64,000 nucleotides of DNA from Phoronis australis (taxonomy: Eukaryota > Animalia > Phoronida), in assembly GCA_002633005.1 (NCBI GenBank), contig NMRA01000426.1:206506-270505 (forward strand), written 5' to 3'. A program made the position numbers and the translations under genes. Of the stretch, positions 12,201-24,200 are shown one piece after another. Under the pieces are notes generated by a model, which saw only the letters and a list, made by a program, of their open reading frames with translations, searched no databases and was not told the DNA's origin. Each line of letters opens with the position of its first letter. Positions within the stretch are counted from its first letter, which is position 1.

Positions 12201-15200
12201 CGAGCGCCTGTGAATGAAACCTGGGAAAATTCCAAGACGCCACGAACTCGCCACAGCGAGTATCAAAGTGAGACAAATATTCCCATGAAATTCGTTTCAA
12301 AAGTTTGTGGTGACTTCCAAACCTGAAATTACTAACAGCTTTCCTAAATATTTTACCTTTGGTTCTCAATAGTTCCGTTTCGTGAAATGAGTGCATTTGC
12401 CACAACAGCAGTCAGCACATATCAAACACGCGCTTAAATAACAACAGGAAGTAAACATCTCGCACGATCGGTGAAGCACGCGCCTCCCGTGTATGCGATC
12501 GCCTGCGTTCTGTCTTTGGTTTCGTCAACCTGAGACTTCCTCAGAATTTTTTTGGTCGCCAAAGGTGACTTGGCGTTAAGCTAAGCGCCAAGCGCTGCAA
12601 TTTATTTAAGCCAATGTTTTATTGCCGAGAATTATATAATCTCAAATGGCAGAAATTGTCCGATGTTATGTTCCTCACAAAATAACCTTATACTAATGTT
12701 CCTCATACAGGCCTCACAAAATAACCTTTGGCTAGACAGTGTTCCTGATAGAGGGGTCACAGAATAACCTTATACCAGTGTTCATGAAGCAAGCGTCACA
12801 AAATAACCTTAGTGTTCCTGATACAGGTGTCTTACGACGACTCAAATACACAAGTTCGCGGTTTCGAGTTGGGCTTGAATAGCACTTAACACGTGATAAT
12901 GGCAGCTTGCATGACTATTTACAGCCACTTTTTGGAGAACTCCCGGGCTTAATACGTGATGTTCGTTTCTAAAATATTATTGCCTAGTCACTGAGTATTT
13001 CTATCGTCATGCGTATGAGTTACCTCACGTGAAGCGCCTGTCACATCCAATAAGATTGCAAAATTCGTCAGATGGTCACATTGGCATTCGACGTGCGTCT
13101 CATTAGAGTGTACTAACGAACATCCTTCTGATGACCAAAATGTGTCTTCTCTTTGTCCACTCCTATACATGCAGCACCAATAAATTACACTCGACATGAA
13201 TTTGTTTCGTTTATTACATAATAACATTAACGCGTATGAAATCAAAAGACCTGATATCGCAGTTATAAGGGTTTAAATTTGAAAGTATAGGCTGTCAAAT
13301 GCAGTCAAGTTTTAACTGATAATCAGTTTGCAGCAGAATATCACGTTCTTATTTTAATATTTAAAAATGATTAGACATTTAAGTTACCTGTGTTCCACAT
13401 CGGTCCAAAAGACACAAGTTGCGTCGACAAACTCTTTGGAATTATTCTTGATAATGTTTTTCTGGAAAACCAGTCTGACTTGGCGGCCATTTTGAAACTT
13501 CAACGACGTCTTCGGCGAACCCAAAGTTGCAGAAATCACTTTGGAGCCCAAGTATTTCGTAGCATTCCTTGCGAAAATCACAACGACGACGCATAAGCAC
13601 GGTGAAAATTAAAGGGAAGATGAAATATCAAATTTATTAGCTTAGAAGAGAGCACCTACCTGCTAACTGGAGCACCTGTCAGAGATTAGCGAAGGAGGCT
13701 GTATTTTACTAGGCACGGAAATTATTAACACGGAGGGCAATGGAAAAGAAACTGCATCTTAGCTGATGAAGACACGTTGACAAGAGCAGTGAGTTGTATA
13801 CTTACAACTATTTGTCGCCATCCTACTCACGTTTTGGGATCTTCCAAGTCATTGGCTAACATGCCTTGTAAAGTCGAGTAAGCTATAAAGACTCCACTAA
13901 ATTTCTCGCCAGCAACATCCTGTTGAAATCCGGACGGAAGGTGAATGGACGCTCCATATTCATCGTACAGGTTACCCGAAGGAAACATAACTCCCGAAGT
14001 TTCTGTGACATGTTTTGTAAACGACACTGCTGTAATGGCTGCAATAAGTAGATGACGTAAATATTTAAGGTATAATCATTTGTTTGCATTACCTGTGACC
14101 CTCCTGTGTACCAATATCGTGTCTTTGATCAGCAACACTCACAGTCTTCGTTGGCCATTTTCACGGCGCTTCAATTTCAATTAACTTTGTTTAGACTCCT
14201 TGATTCATGATATAATAACTAAAACACAGCGCACGGATTTTGTTGTGATAGCTCTGGCCAAAGCAAACAACTTTAAGAAGTCAACCCTACCAAAATAACC
14301 CAAAGGTGCATTTTCGGCCATAATTCGGATTGTGTCCTTTTAAACGTTAAAACAACCGGTCTAAGACGCCAGTTGAGGCCTTTGTAGCTCCCCTCAAAAA
14401 TGAAGAAAATATGGTAAGTTGGTGTTGACGGCAGTTTTGTGGACTAAATGGGAAGTGATTGTCACGAATGGTATCCAGTAATTCCTTGAAGTTGTTTTGA
14501 GTAAACTGAGTCCAGAAATTTGGCCTCAGCTCTTGTCTACTCGCAAACGGATGTGCCGCCATTTTCAGAGCACATCCTCGTTAAGTCTTGAATTCTTGGC
14601 GCGAATCCACGTACTCTTAGACAAGTGGAAATTGTCAAATATCTGGCTGGTAATGACATATTTTAAGCTGAATTTTTGTAATCTAGAGTGAAAGAGCATG
14701 CGGATTATGGTACCTTTCTTGCACCGAAGCAATCTTGAATTTGTGATTTTAAGTTACAAAATAGCCACTTCGCGTTTTTTGGTCATTTTTGGCATCCCGG
14801 TTTTTTTTACAGATGGACGTAGCAAAGTAAAAAGACATGGTTTTGCTGAATTTCTTCATCTTTGAGAAAACCCATAGATAGTACTTTCGGTCACTTATGA
14901 CTTTTTAGGTCTCTTTGAACTGTGTGCAAACAATTGCTTTCATTGATCCAGACCAGAGATAACGTCAAAAAAATCCGCCACTCAAACTGTGGTCCACCAC
15001 TTTCAACAGCGCATGCGTAGCAGAGAGTACACAATAGCGACATCTACATATATTACCATAAGTGTTTTTCTTTTCTGTCACTTTGCAGCTTTCCACGATG
15101 TCGCACAACAAAAACGCTTCTTGCTCTAGTCCCTCTATCACTTGTAATGCCGGCTGTCTGCGGGCAGGCTGTAACGAAGAGACAAAACAGTGAATAGAAA

Positions 15201-18200
15201 ACAAATATAGACCAATTCCGATCGAGGCAATATTGAATCATATAATATATATTCCGAGAGACAGCAAATGCCCTTCCTACGTCCATGCGACCTGATATGT
15301 CCGTGAGATCGATTTATATTTGATTTCGTAGAAGTTTATTTCTTCTGGTTCTTATGTCTCTCATTAAATTGGCATGTTTTACTTGCTTTAATGCACTGTT
15401 ATCGTCTACCCGTTTATACGGATTCTACTACGTCTGGTTTATTAGTTCATGAATAGTGACCTCTGTCGTCTGGGCGGCATCAACTCATAACGGAAGACAT
15501 AGTAATGTGTCTCAGCCAATTAGAGGACCAGAGAGTGAGTGGTGGTGTAATAATACACCTTCTTCATTTCTCTGAAAGCCTGGATATTGCGTTTCCATAT
15601 CGGGTATAAAATGTTAATTGTGCAGTGATAGTCAACAGAAACAGTGATCAATTTTCTTTGAAGTCTACTGTTCTTTTAACGCGGTTTTGACACATTCCTT
15701 TTCTGCTTTCAATATTCTGTGAAAGCAATACTTTCACATTGTGATCGGCTGGTTCGGTTCACCCACGAGGTAACAACACAATTCTTATGCGACAGATTAG
15801 ACAACCTCTCATTACTGAGTACTTACGCCGGAAGGGATGTCAAACCAGGCTTGCGCAGTCAGTGGGGAAAGTAAGGTGTCAGAGACATTAAATACCAGCT
15901 GGAACACAATAGAGGGCGTTATACTTATGCATACTGTTGAAAAACGCTTGATACATGATTGGTTGCTACAGGAAACACAGTTTTCAAAACTTGTTTTGAG
16001 ACTAGGCTTCGACATCGACTCACATCAAAAAGACTACACTGATATAAAGTATTCCTACCAATGAAGCAGCTGATAGACACCAGTTTGATTTATTTGATGG
16101 CATCAATTTTAACATCGGAAGCAAAATGGCACAATCGGGTTTTCGACTAAAAATCGCATGTTTGGGGCTAGACATGGGTGGAGTGACATTTCGAAGTTCG
16201 AGCTTTGACCACAACTATAAAAAGAAATTCTGCAGGTATCAAAGAGATATGTGACATAGCAAAGTCTGATATATTAATAGTAAGCAAACGAGCTTATTCG
16301 TTCCAAGTGCAAAATGTTTTTCGCGCGCTCTTTTACTTTCCCCGACACTGAACATGTTGGAAGTTTCAGAATTAATGCATCGATGTCGGCTCTATGCGTT
16401 ATGCTGTTGTCTGTGTCTACGACTGTTAAACCTCGATCACAAGGTTTTTTGACGTTAACCGAGATTGTGCGCAATAATAAATGTTTGAAGTAAGGGCTGA
16501 ATACACTACAAGCCACTCCGTATAAAGCTTTCAAGCAAAACGTTTAGTCGTGTTTTCAATGAAGCTTACATATGTACGTATGAATGTATGTATGTATGTA
16601 TGTATGTATGTATGTATGTATGTATGTATGAATGTATGTATGCATGTAGGTATGTACGTAGGTACGTATGTATTTTGGTAGCAACCACTCTTTGTTTCTC
16701 CCTTTTCTTTTGTCTTTCGCCTAAAAATCAGGCTACGCATGGCTTACCTTGTTGCGCGAAAATTATACTAATGCTGAAAGGCAGAAAATCCGTCTAGAAC
16801 TCGACGACAAAAGACAGAAATTCCTAGTCTGCTCGAATATACACATAGCAAAAAAATCAGCTTTTGGCTATTCGTATTCACATTATTGAATTTTGGCTGA
16901 AGTCAAAAAGACAAACACCTATGGATTCTTCGAGAATGCAGGCTCCAGTCTACCCATGTAACAATGCTTTTTAGGCCACAAAAACAAAAATTAGGGATAT
17001 TAGTCGGTTGTACGACCAAGAAATACTTAAATCCTTTACTAAAAGTATTTAATCCAGAATAAGTGCATTGTTTATTAAGATTAGAACAAAATAAGTTGTA
17101 AATGCACAGCCTTGACGTACCAACGCATGATGACTTTTTGTTGCGCACACGATTCTCGTGTAAACAAAACCCGTGAGGGCCGTGACGACTCACACATCTA
17201 CTTTCATAACATACAGTTGGCACGCGTGCAAGGCAGTGATCCACAGGGGCTGCATTCAAGCTCCCGCCGTTCTACTGAAGTGTGAACACATATTTTGGGA
17301 CACCTTGTATTTTCTTTTGTATGAATGCAAGTATGTATGCTTGTGAATGTACACACGCATGTATGCACGCACGCACGCGCGCACGCACGCGTGCACGAAC
17401 GCATTCACGCACGTATGTATGTATGAATGAACTGCATGAACCAAAGCGAAATAGTGAAATCAGAACAGCCCTGTTCCTACTTGTAATATCTCTTCCGCCG
17501 TCTCCCGCTTCTTGTCCTCTGTCAAGTTCATCGCCTCTTGCACGTGCTTTTTAATGTTTGCCGCCATTTGTCGGGAGAGGGTGACGATGTCGCCTCCATA
17601 CATGGCAGATACATGTTTTTCAGCATACTTATACAGGACGCTCAATGCTTGTCTCGCCGATTGTCCGAAAGACATGTCAGATATGTCGAAGGACCAAACA
17701 CTCGTGCAGTTTCTGAGATCGGCATATCTTGGCCACCACTTACCGTCTGTATCACAAAACCACCACGCAGCTCCTAAACGCAAACAGACAGCCTACTGAA
17801 TATGACAGTAAAGGAGCATTTCCTTCTAACTCATGTAAAGTTATGAAAAGAGCTAATCAGTTGTATGCCATTGAAGTTACGATATTGCTTGCTATGAATG
17901 CAGTCAGATTCAATTATTAACAGAAAACGAGAGCGCATAAGTATGCAAACAAACGGAAGTGGTTCAAGTTTGCAAGGACGCGCTAGCCTTACTACAAGTG
18001 ATGGGTTTTGGTGCTTTTTCACCCGAAAAACCGGATGTTGTTGCTTTGATATCATCGTGTGTGTGAGCTATTTTATTGGCTGGTAACCTTCTTTACAACT
18101 TGCAGTTCAGGCAGGGAATTAAAATTGCCCCTTCAACAAACCTAGATACATTTGTGTACAAACATGCGTCGTAGTAGAATCTTTCATGTTAACCAGCCAA

Positions 18201-21200
18201 TAACGAGGGTGAGAAAGTCAATGAGCCAATGAAACAATTCATGCTATATGCGTGGCAGCAAGAGTACCCGTGGTGACGGTAATGACATCTTTTGTGACCT
18301 GACAAATGTTTCTGAACGCTAAAAGGCAATAAGGTTCGTGCGAGCACTGATGGGTGAGTGCGAATATGACAAAATATGGCCGGGTCACTGTCTTCAGAAT
18401 CTCTCTTCACGGTAGGCAACTACTGATAGCGAATCTTTTGATGTATTAAAACACTACTGTTCCATTCACTGAACCGAAGAAAAGAGTCGGCGTATCACCC
18501 ATAAACATAATCGAGATAGCTACTGAATTGAATTACCAGCGTTCCCACTGACCCGGATTCACTGCCATCGCAGTAAATATTTAAGGTGAAACGGATTAAG
18601 ACCGCAGAGGTCGAATGTGAAACGAGAACACGGTGAAATTGAATCCAAAATGGAGTAGATCGAAACAATCCTTTAAGTTGCAATCTTATCGGGATTGTAG
18701 TTTCCATTGAAGACCAAGCTTTCTGGGAGTTCATGACACTTTTTACAGCAAAACACACAATGCTAACGCAATCCGATGACTGAGACAGAATGGAACATGA
18801 TATGACGCGAAACTCAGTGACACGCGAACTATCGTCAAACCGACAAAATTTCTTTACTGCGGCAGCCAAATTTATTCGGGTCGATTAAGCATTCCAACAG
18901 ACTAACGCCGTTGGGTTACGACGGTCGCTAACCCCATGGTCCGAAGGGGAGTAAATTTAATATACCATAGTAAATTTAGTCCGGTATTAAATGACCGTTA
19001 CCACTGAAGTTAAGCCACTTGTGCTCAGTAAAGAATGTTACGCCGGGAGAGTAAATGTTCAATGGCATAACAGTTTAGGAACCTGAACTTACAACAGGCA
19101 GGTGTAAAAGGCACTGCAAATTAATGGGTCTGGATTTTCAGAACGCTTTGATGGTAAAGGGCTGTAACTGTAAACTCTCGTAATGTGTCACCCACCTGTG
19201 GTGTTTGTCGGACAGTTGTTCAAAACCCGTCTTCCCGCAAGAGTGAGCGGCCAGTAGATCCCTCGTGCGGTCACTGGTTCACAGTAGACATACCCGGGAA
19301 CACGTGTAGTGTCGCCCAACGAGTGCGACACTGCAGACTTACTTGTGGCAAGCGTCACTTTGGGCGGGCTAATATCTCGGGTAGTCGTGTCTAGTTTGAC
19401 AGTTGAGTGACAAGGGGTCTCACTGCAAGCGGTCGGACACAGGGCAACCGTACAGTTGTGCAATGCGTCTCTAACGTCAGACGTGTTTCTTAATTCGCCT
19501 TTGTCATTTAAATCGTACAATGAATCATTTTTTGTTTCTCTAATTCTTCTTGCTTTAGTCCACGTTCCACGATTAATTCGCCTGTGACCCGGAGTCTTGG
19601 TATGGTTGCGAGCTCTTCCTAATATCGTGGTACTTCCCACTTCGCTTGTTGCTCCTCTTGGAGGCTGATTTTCAAAGTGTCCCCTCTTAGCTGTTATCAC
19701 CAGTTGTTGTGACTGTCTACTGCCGTACCATCCTGGCGTAGCTGATTGTAGGTTGGGCGACCGGGAAATAAATGTCCTCGTGTGCTTGTCTCTGAGTATC
19801 TTTAAAAACTTTTGAAAGTCTTCAGGGACGAGGCATCCTGTGACAGAAATAAGAAATGCGCATACTTCACATGTGAGCTAAACAAGAGTCTGCAGGCTGC
19901 GGTCTGCAGGCTGCTGTCTCCAGGCGGCGGTCTGCAGGCGGCGGCCTGCAGGCGGCGGTCTGCAGGCGGCGATCTGCAGGTTGCAGTTAGAGTTGTACTA
20001 TGAGGTCTTTTGGGAGATACATACACTTGTGAGCATCAAGGGGCATTTTGTATTTCGAGGGGCGTCATGTCCCTATTGTGTCACAGTCCAGTAGGCCTAC
20101 GACAATCCGCCCAGGAAGTCCAAAGTCAGTCCTAAAGAGACACCGCACAAGTTTTCCTCACAAAGGGCCATAAAGTGACCGACAACGATTACACAAGAAA
20201 ATTGACGACTTTGTCCACCTTCTCTAACAAGAAACACGTAAATTGCGGGTAAATTCCACTTAGTACACTACGTTCCACACGTGCGACTTTGGCAAACTGT
20301 AAGTGAGAATAGAGCTATGCGTTCTCAAAGCATTGCCATAACTTCAATTTCGATAGACTAAATAAAACGGTCGCTGGTTGACTGGAAGTCTTCATCAGGA
20401 TATCACATTCCCAATTGGCGGTAAAACTGATCCCTTAAATGAACAGTTTAATAATCCAATTGTTAAGCTAAAACGCACTTATTTGGAAATTTGGAGTTTT
20501 AAATCAGTATTTACTGAACGATTGGCACAGAGTACGGCAAGGGAGATAATTCCAGGTTGCATTATGCATGACAGAACGTGCCAAGCCTGCAGTTGTGGTG
20601 CACCCTCTAGTGAGAGAAAATACATCGAAAAATACAAATCTTACCACGTTATGCATCGAGTACTTTTTTAAAAACAATAAATTTACAAGAAAATGGAGGT
20701 TACCTTCCCTAAAACGCACTAGACACTTTTTGGCACGTAACATTGTAAAACAATTTTGGAACAAACTTCTCACTGAATTGAATTCATCTCAGTGCATGAG
20801 TTATCTTTTAAAATAATAAGTTTTGATTGTCGTCGGGACAGAACGTTGTCAATATTCTAAACCAAGTAAAATACTTAAAGGACTAAGTTTTCTACAAACT
20901 GTGTACGTGTGAATCACTTTTTATTTACCGCTAAGAACTGCCTTCGACAGTAGAGAAATGTTGCCTACAAGACTAAAAATGAATGCCTTCCTATTAGAGT
21001 AGGACTCAATCGCTGACTTGTTTTTCTCACAGTCTTTTCAAACAACTTTTACTGGTGCGTTTGGAGAGTAAATGACAGTGTAAATTAAGGCTCTATGTTC
21101 AGTAACGCGTTGATACATGCATCTCTCAATAGAGGTGATAGGTAAAAACATGCTGTTAGGGCACACTACAAAATGTAAATGCATCCAACCTTAATAATGC

Positions 21201-24200
21201 ATTCGTTATGCTTCTTACCGTCATAACTCGTACATTAACCCTGTTCCTAATTATGTTGATGTACTGTTCATTGTCACCGGTACTCCTGAGTATGCATAGC
21301 CTGTGATGCTGTTAACAATCTTAACTGATTAAACGCATTGAAACGAAAGGAGCGCGTCAATGGCCGTCACGTCCTCCTGAGAGTGGCCACATACAACTCA
21401 TCAGCGAAGTCGCTCAGAGAAAGAAATGACCGTGTTTCAAATCGATCGCTTAAGGAACACCGCTACCCACAAAATTTTGCGTACAATTAGGGCTAAGTAT
21501 TTTTTTTCAAACTATTATCTAATTAAAGTACCACGTCCGTTCCAGTGAGTCATAACGATTTAATAGGTAGCTTAAGCTCACGAAAACAAGAGCAAAGTAA
21601 AGTCAAGCGTCTTCAGTTGTTGACGTTTCCACGCAAATGTCAAATACGTTGGATTGGTTACCATGACAGCAGTATTAATAGTGTGCTGTGTCTCTGCAAT
21701 CAGAAAGTGCGCATTTGGCTATATTTCGACCAATCAACATAATTTACGTCTGTAAATGAGTGACCTTAATTAACTTTAGGGTTGTAACTAATTCAATAAA
21801 ATTAAAATCGTCGATAAACAAAGGTCATTGGAACACATTTGATTTTTTATTAAACTTTGTGAACCATAAACTCCGATATGATTTAAATTTTGTTGAAAAT
21901 TCATGTACCCAACAAGGTGGCCAGCTATATTTCCGGCTTCCATGAACTACACTGTCATATAGAAGAATGGTAGACTCTAGTCAAATAGACTCCCAACGAC
22001 ATCTTTCCACTGTCAGTCACAGTGAAAAGAAGTGATACAAGTTGACAAATGTTGACCACAAAACTTCATAAACATGCTGGCGAAAAACCCTTGAGTATTT
22101 GAATGATTTCCTTTAGCGGCGTCAGTTATAGTTTGCACAGGAATATCTTGGGATTTTTTGTTGTGTTAGCTTATACAAATCAGCTCAGGAGAATGCGAAA
22201 TGGAAGGTTGCGTGTCACACAGATACACAACTGACCACTTTCTTGCTAAAAGAAACGATTCAAGATATAATCACTGTAGTTTCCTGGAAATATGGTACGG
22301 GATGCCTCCTTAATGGCCTAAACTTCTCTTTGTATCTGACTGTTACACAACCTCTTAATTGGCCTTGACAACAAGCTGTTGTAAGAAAAACAAATTAATT
22401 AGTTAGTCATGTACATTCGTAAACAATTCTTCATGAAAGGTTCGTGCAAAAACAAGCATTCAAAGGTTTTCAAAATATTAATTGTTCATAAGGGCATTTA
22501 TAAAAACTCTTATGAGAAAAATTCTAAACTAATAAACGAGTTACTTCTTTTTCGCAAGGCATTCACATGTATGTTTCAGCTACACATGTCCTTCTTCTAG
22601 ATACGCATGTCTAAATATGCATGTAAGCCAGACTAAATTGGACCAAAAATGTCTTTGCCATGAGAACAGTTGGTTTCAACCATTAACGAGCTTAGATACC
22701 CTTGTACATGAATTGAACCGACCACAGTTGAAAGGCTGACCAGACAATGGACGACTTCTGACAACCGTACTACTTAATGATGAGTTGGGAGTGTTATTTT
22801 CTGACGTCATATGGGAACTTTTGTAGGCAACGCACCTAAGTTCCGCGATCCCCTAACTCCATGTACATGAATGAGTATGCACCTATATACGGAATAGCGC
22901 GTTTTCTCGCAACATTTTTCTACTTAAATGTACCGTACAAAGGCGCATGCGCCAAAGCTGGGTAATTGGTTGCACGTCCGCAATTAGGCGCATGCGCTCA
23001 ATTTTTCAATCAAAATGAGCTCACAGAATGGAGTGTATTTTAATCATGCTTACTTTCTTACGGGGTGAGTTTTATCGTGCTGACCCATGAGACTGAATTG
23101 GAGACAATTAGCTGAACTTAGCCATTAGAGATGCTTTGAAGACTGTGTTATGGAGAGTGGAATCTTCAAAATTCTTTGTATAGGAGTTGTGTCTGACTTT
23201 GATTGACAACTCTTCGATACATTCCGTGTTACAGTGAGCGCTACTTTACATGAGCCAAGTTGTCATAATCTTACTTGTCGTGATTTTAAGCACTTTAAGT
23301 CAGTTTTCATGAAACAAGACTTCTGGTCCTCATTTTATGTGAAAATTTGAATATGAGAACCAACGGTGAGGCACGTGCTTACTTGAAACAAAATGTCTTC
23401 CATGTGATAAAAACGTGGTGGTAACATTGACACCAAAGTAACTCATGCAATGCATTTCAGTGTTTCTGGTTCTCACAGGTTAAATTAAAGGCCAAATCAA
23501 ATAAGAATCGACATTAAAATAACGTGGTAAAATGACACTCAAACTCAAAAATTCAGAACACAAGTGAAGTGAAAAATATAAACGTCAAAAAGAAAAATAA
23601 TAATTACAGGTCCTGGACAAAGATTTCTTACATTTAAACATTTTTGTTTCTGACATTTGAATCTCTACTCAGGAATCAGTTCAGAAAAACGTGAGCATTG
23701 GTGAGTTGACCCACATAGCGTCAGGTCAGAGTGCGCCAATGGAATTTTTTGCACCAATGTCGCGGGGAGAACTATTAAAATTATCCCTGCTCACATGGTC
23801 ATAAACGTGACAATGACTACATGAAGAAAACCGGTCTCCAACTAAACAAATGACAAACGACTTTGGCCACAAAAATATAATGGTGGAGGATACCACACAA
23901 GATACCGTGGCTAAGACACTGTCTGAGCTGACTTTTAAGGCTATTGACGACGTGAATTTTTCGTGCACTCCGCTAAGCAGCTTTTAAGAACACAGTCTTC
24001 TCTTCCTAAGCATTGTTTATATCGGCTTTACGAATTACGATGTTATAATCAATGTTGTTTTAACCATGGACAGCAACGGCGCGTCCCAGGGCCCACCTGG
24101 TAAGCCTGCGGTCATCAGACCATGGTTCAACAACAGTTTGCAGACTACATGCTAATTCGTGAACAAGGTAGGACAATCCAATTAGTGTGAACGTCGTTAC

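Noticed and set aside
13660-13708. Micro-exon in a GAIN intron (CAG|GTAGGT donor)
   Set aside because: In-frame stops in the required phase 2
20477-20506. In-frame TGA as selenocysteine/readthrough in the tentative Cys exon
   Set aside because: A usable GTAAAT donor precedes the TGA; no SECIS identified
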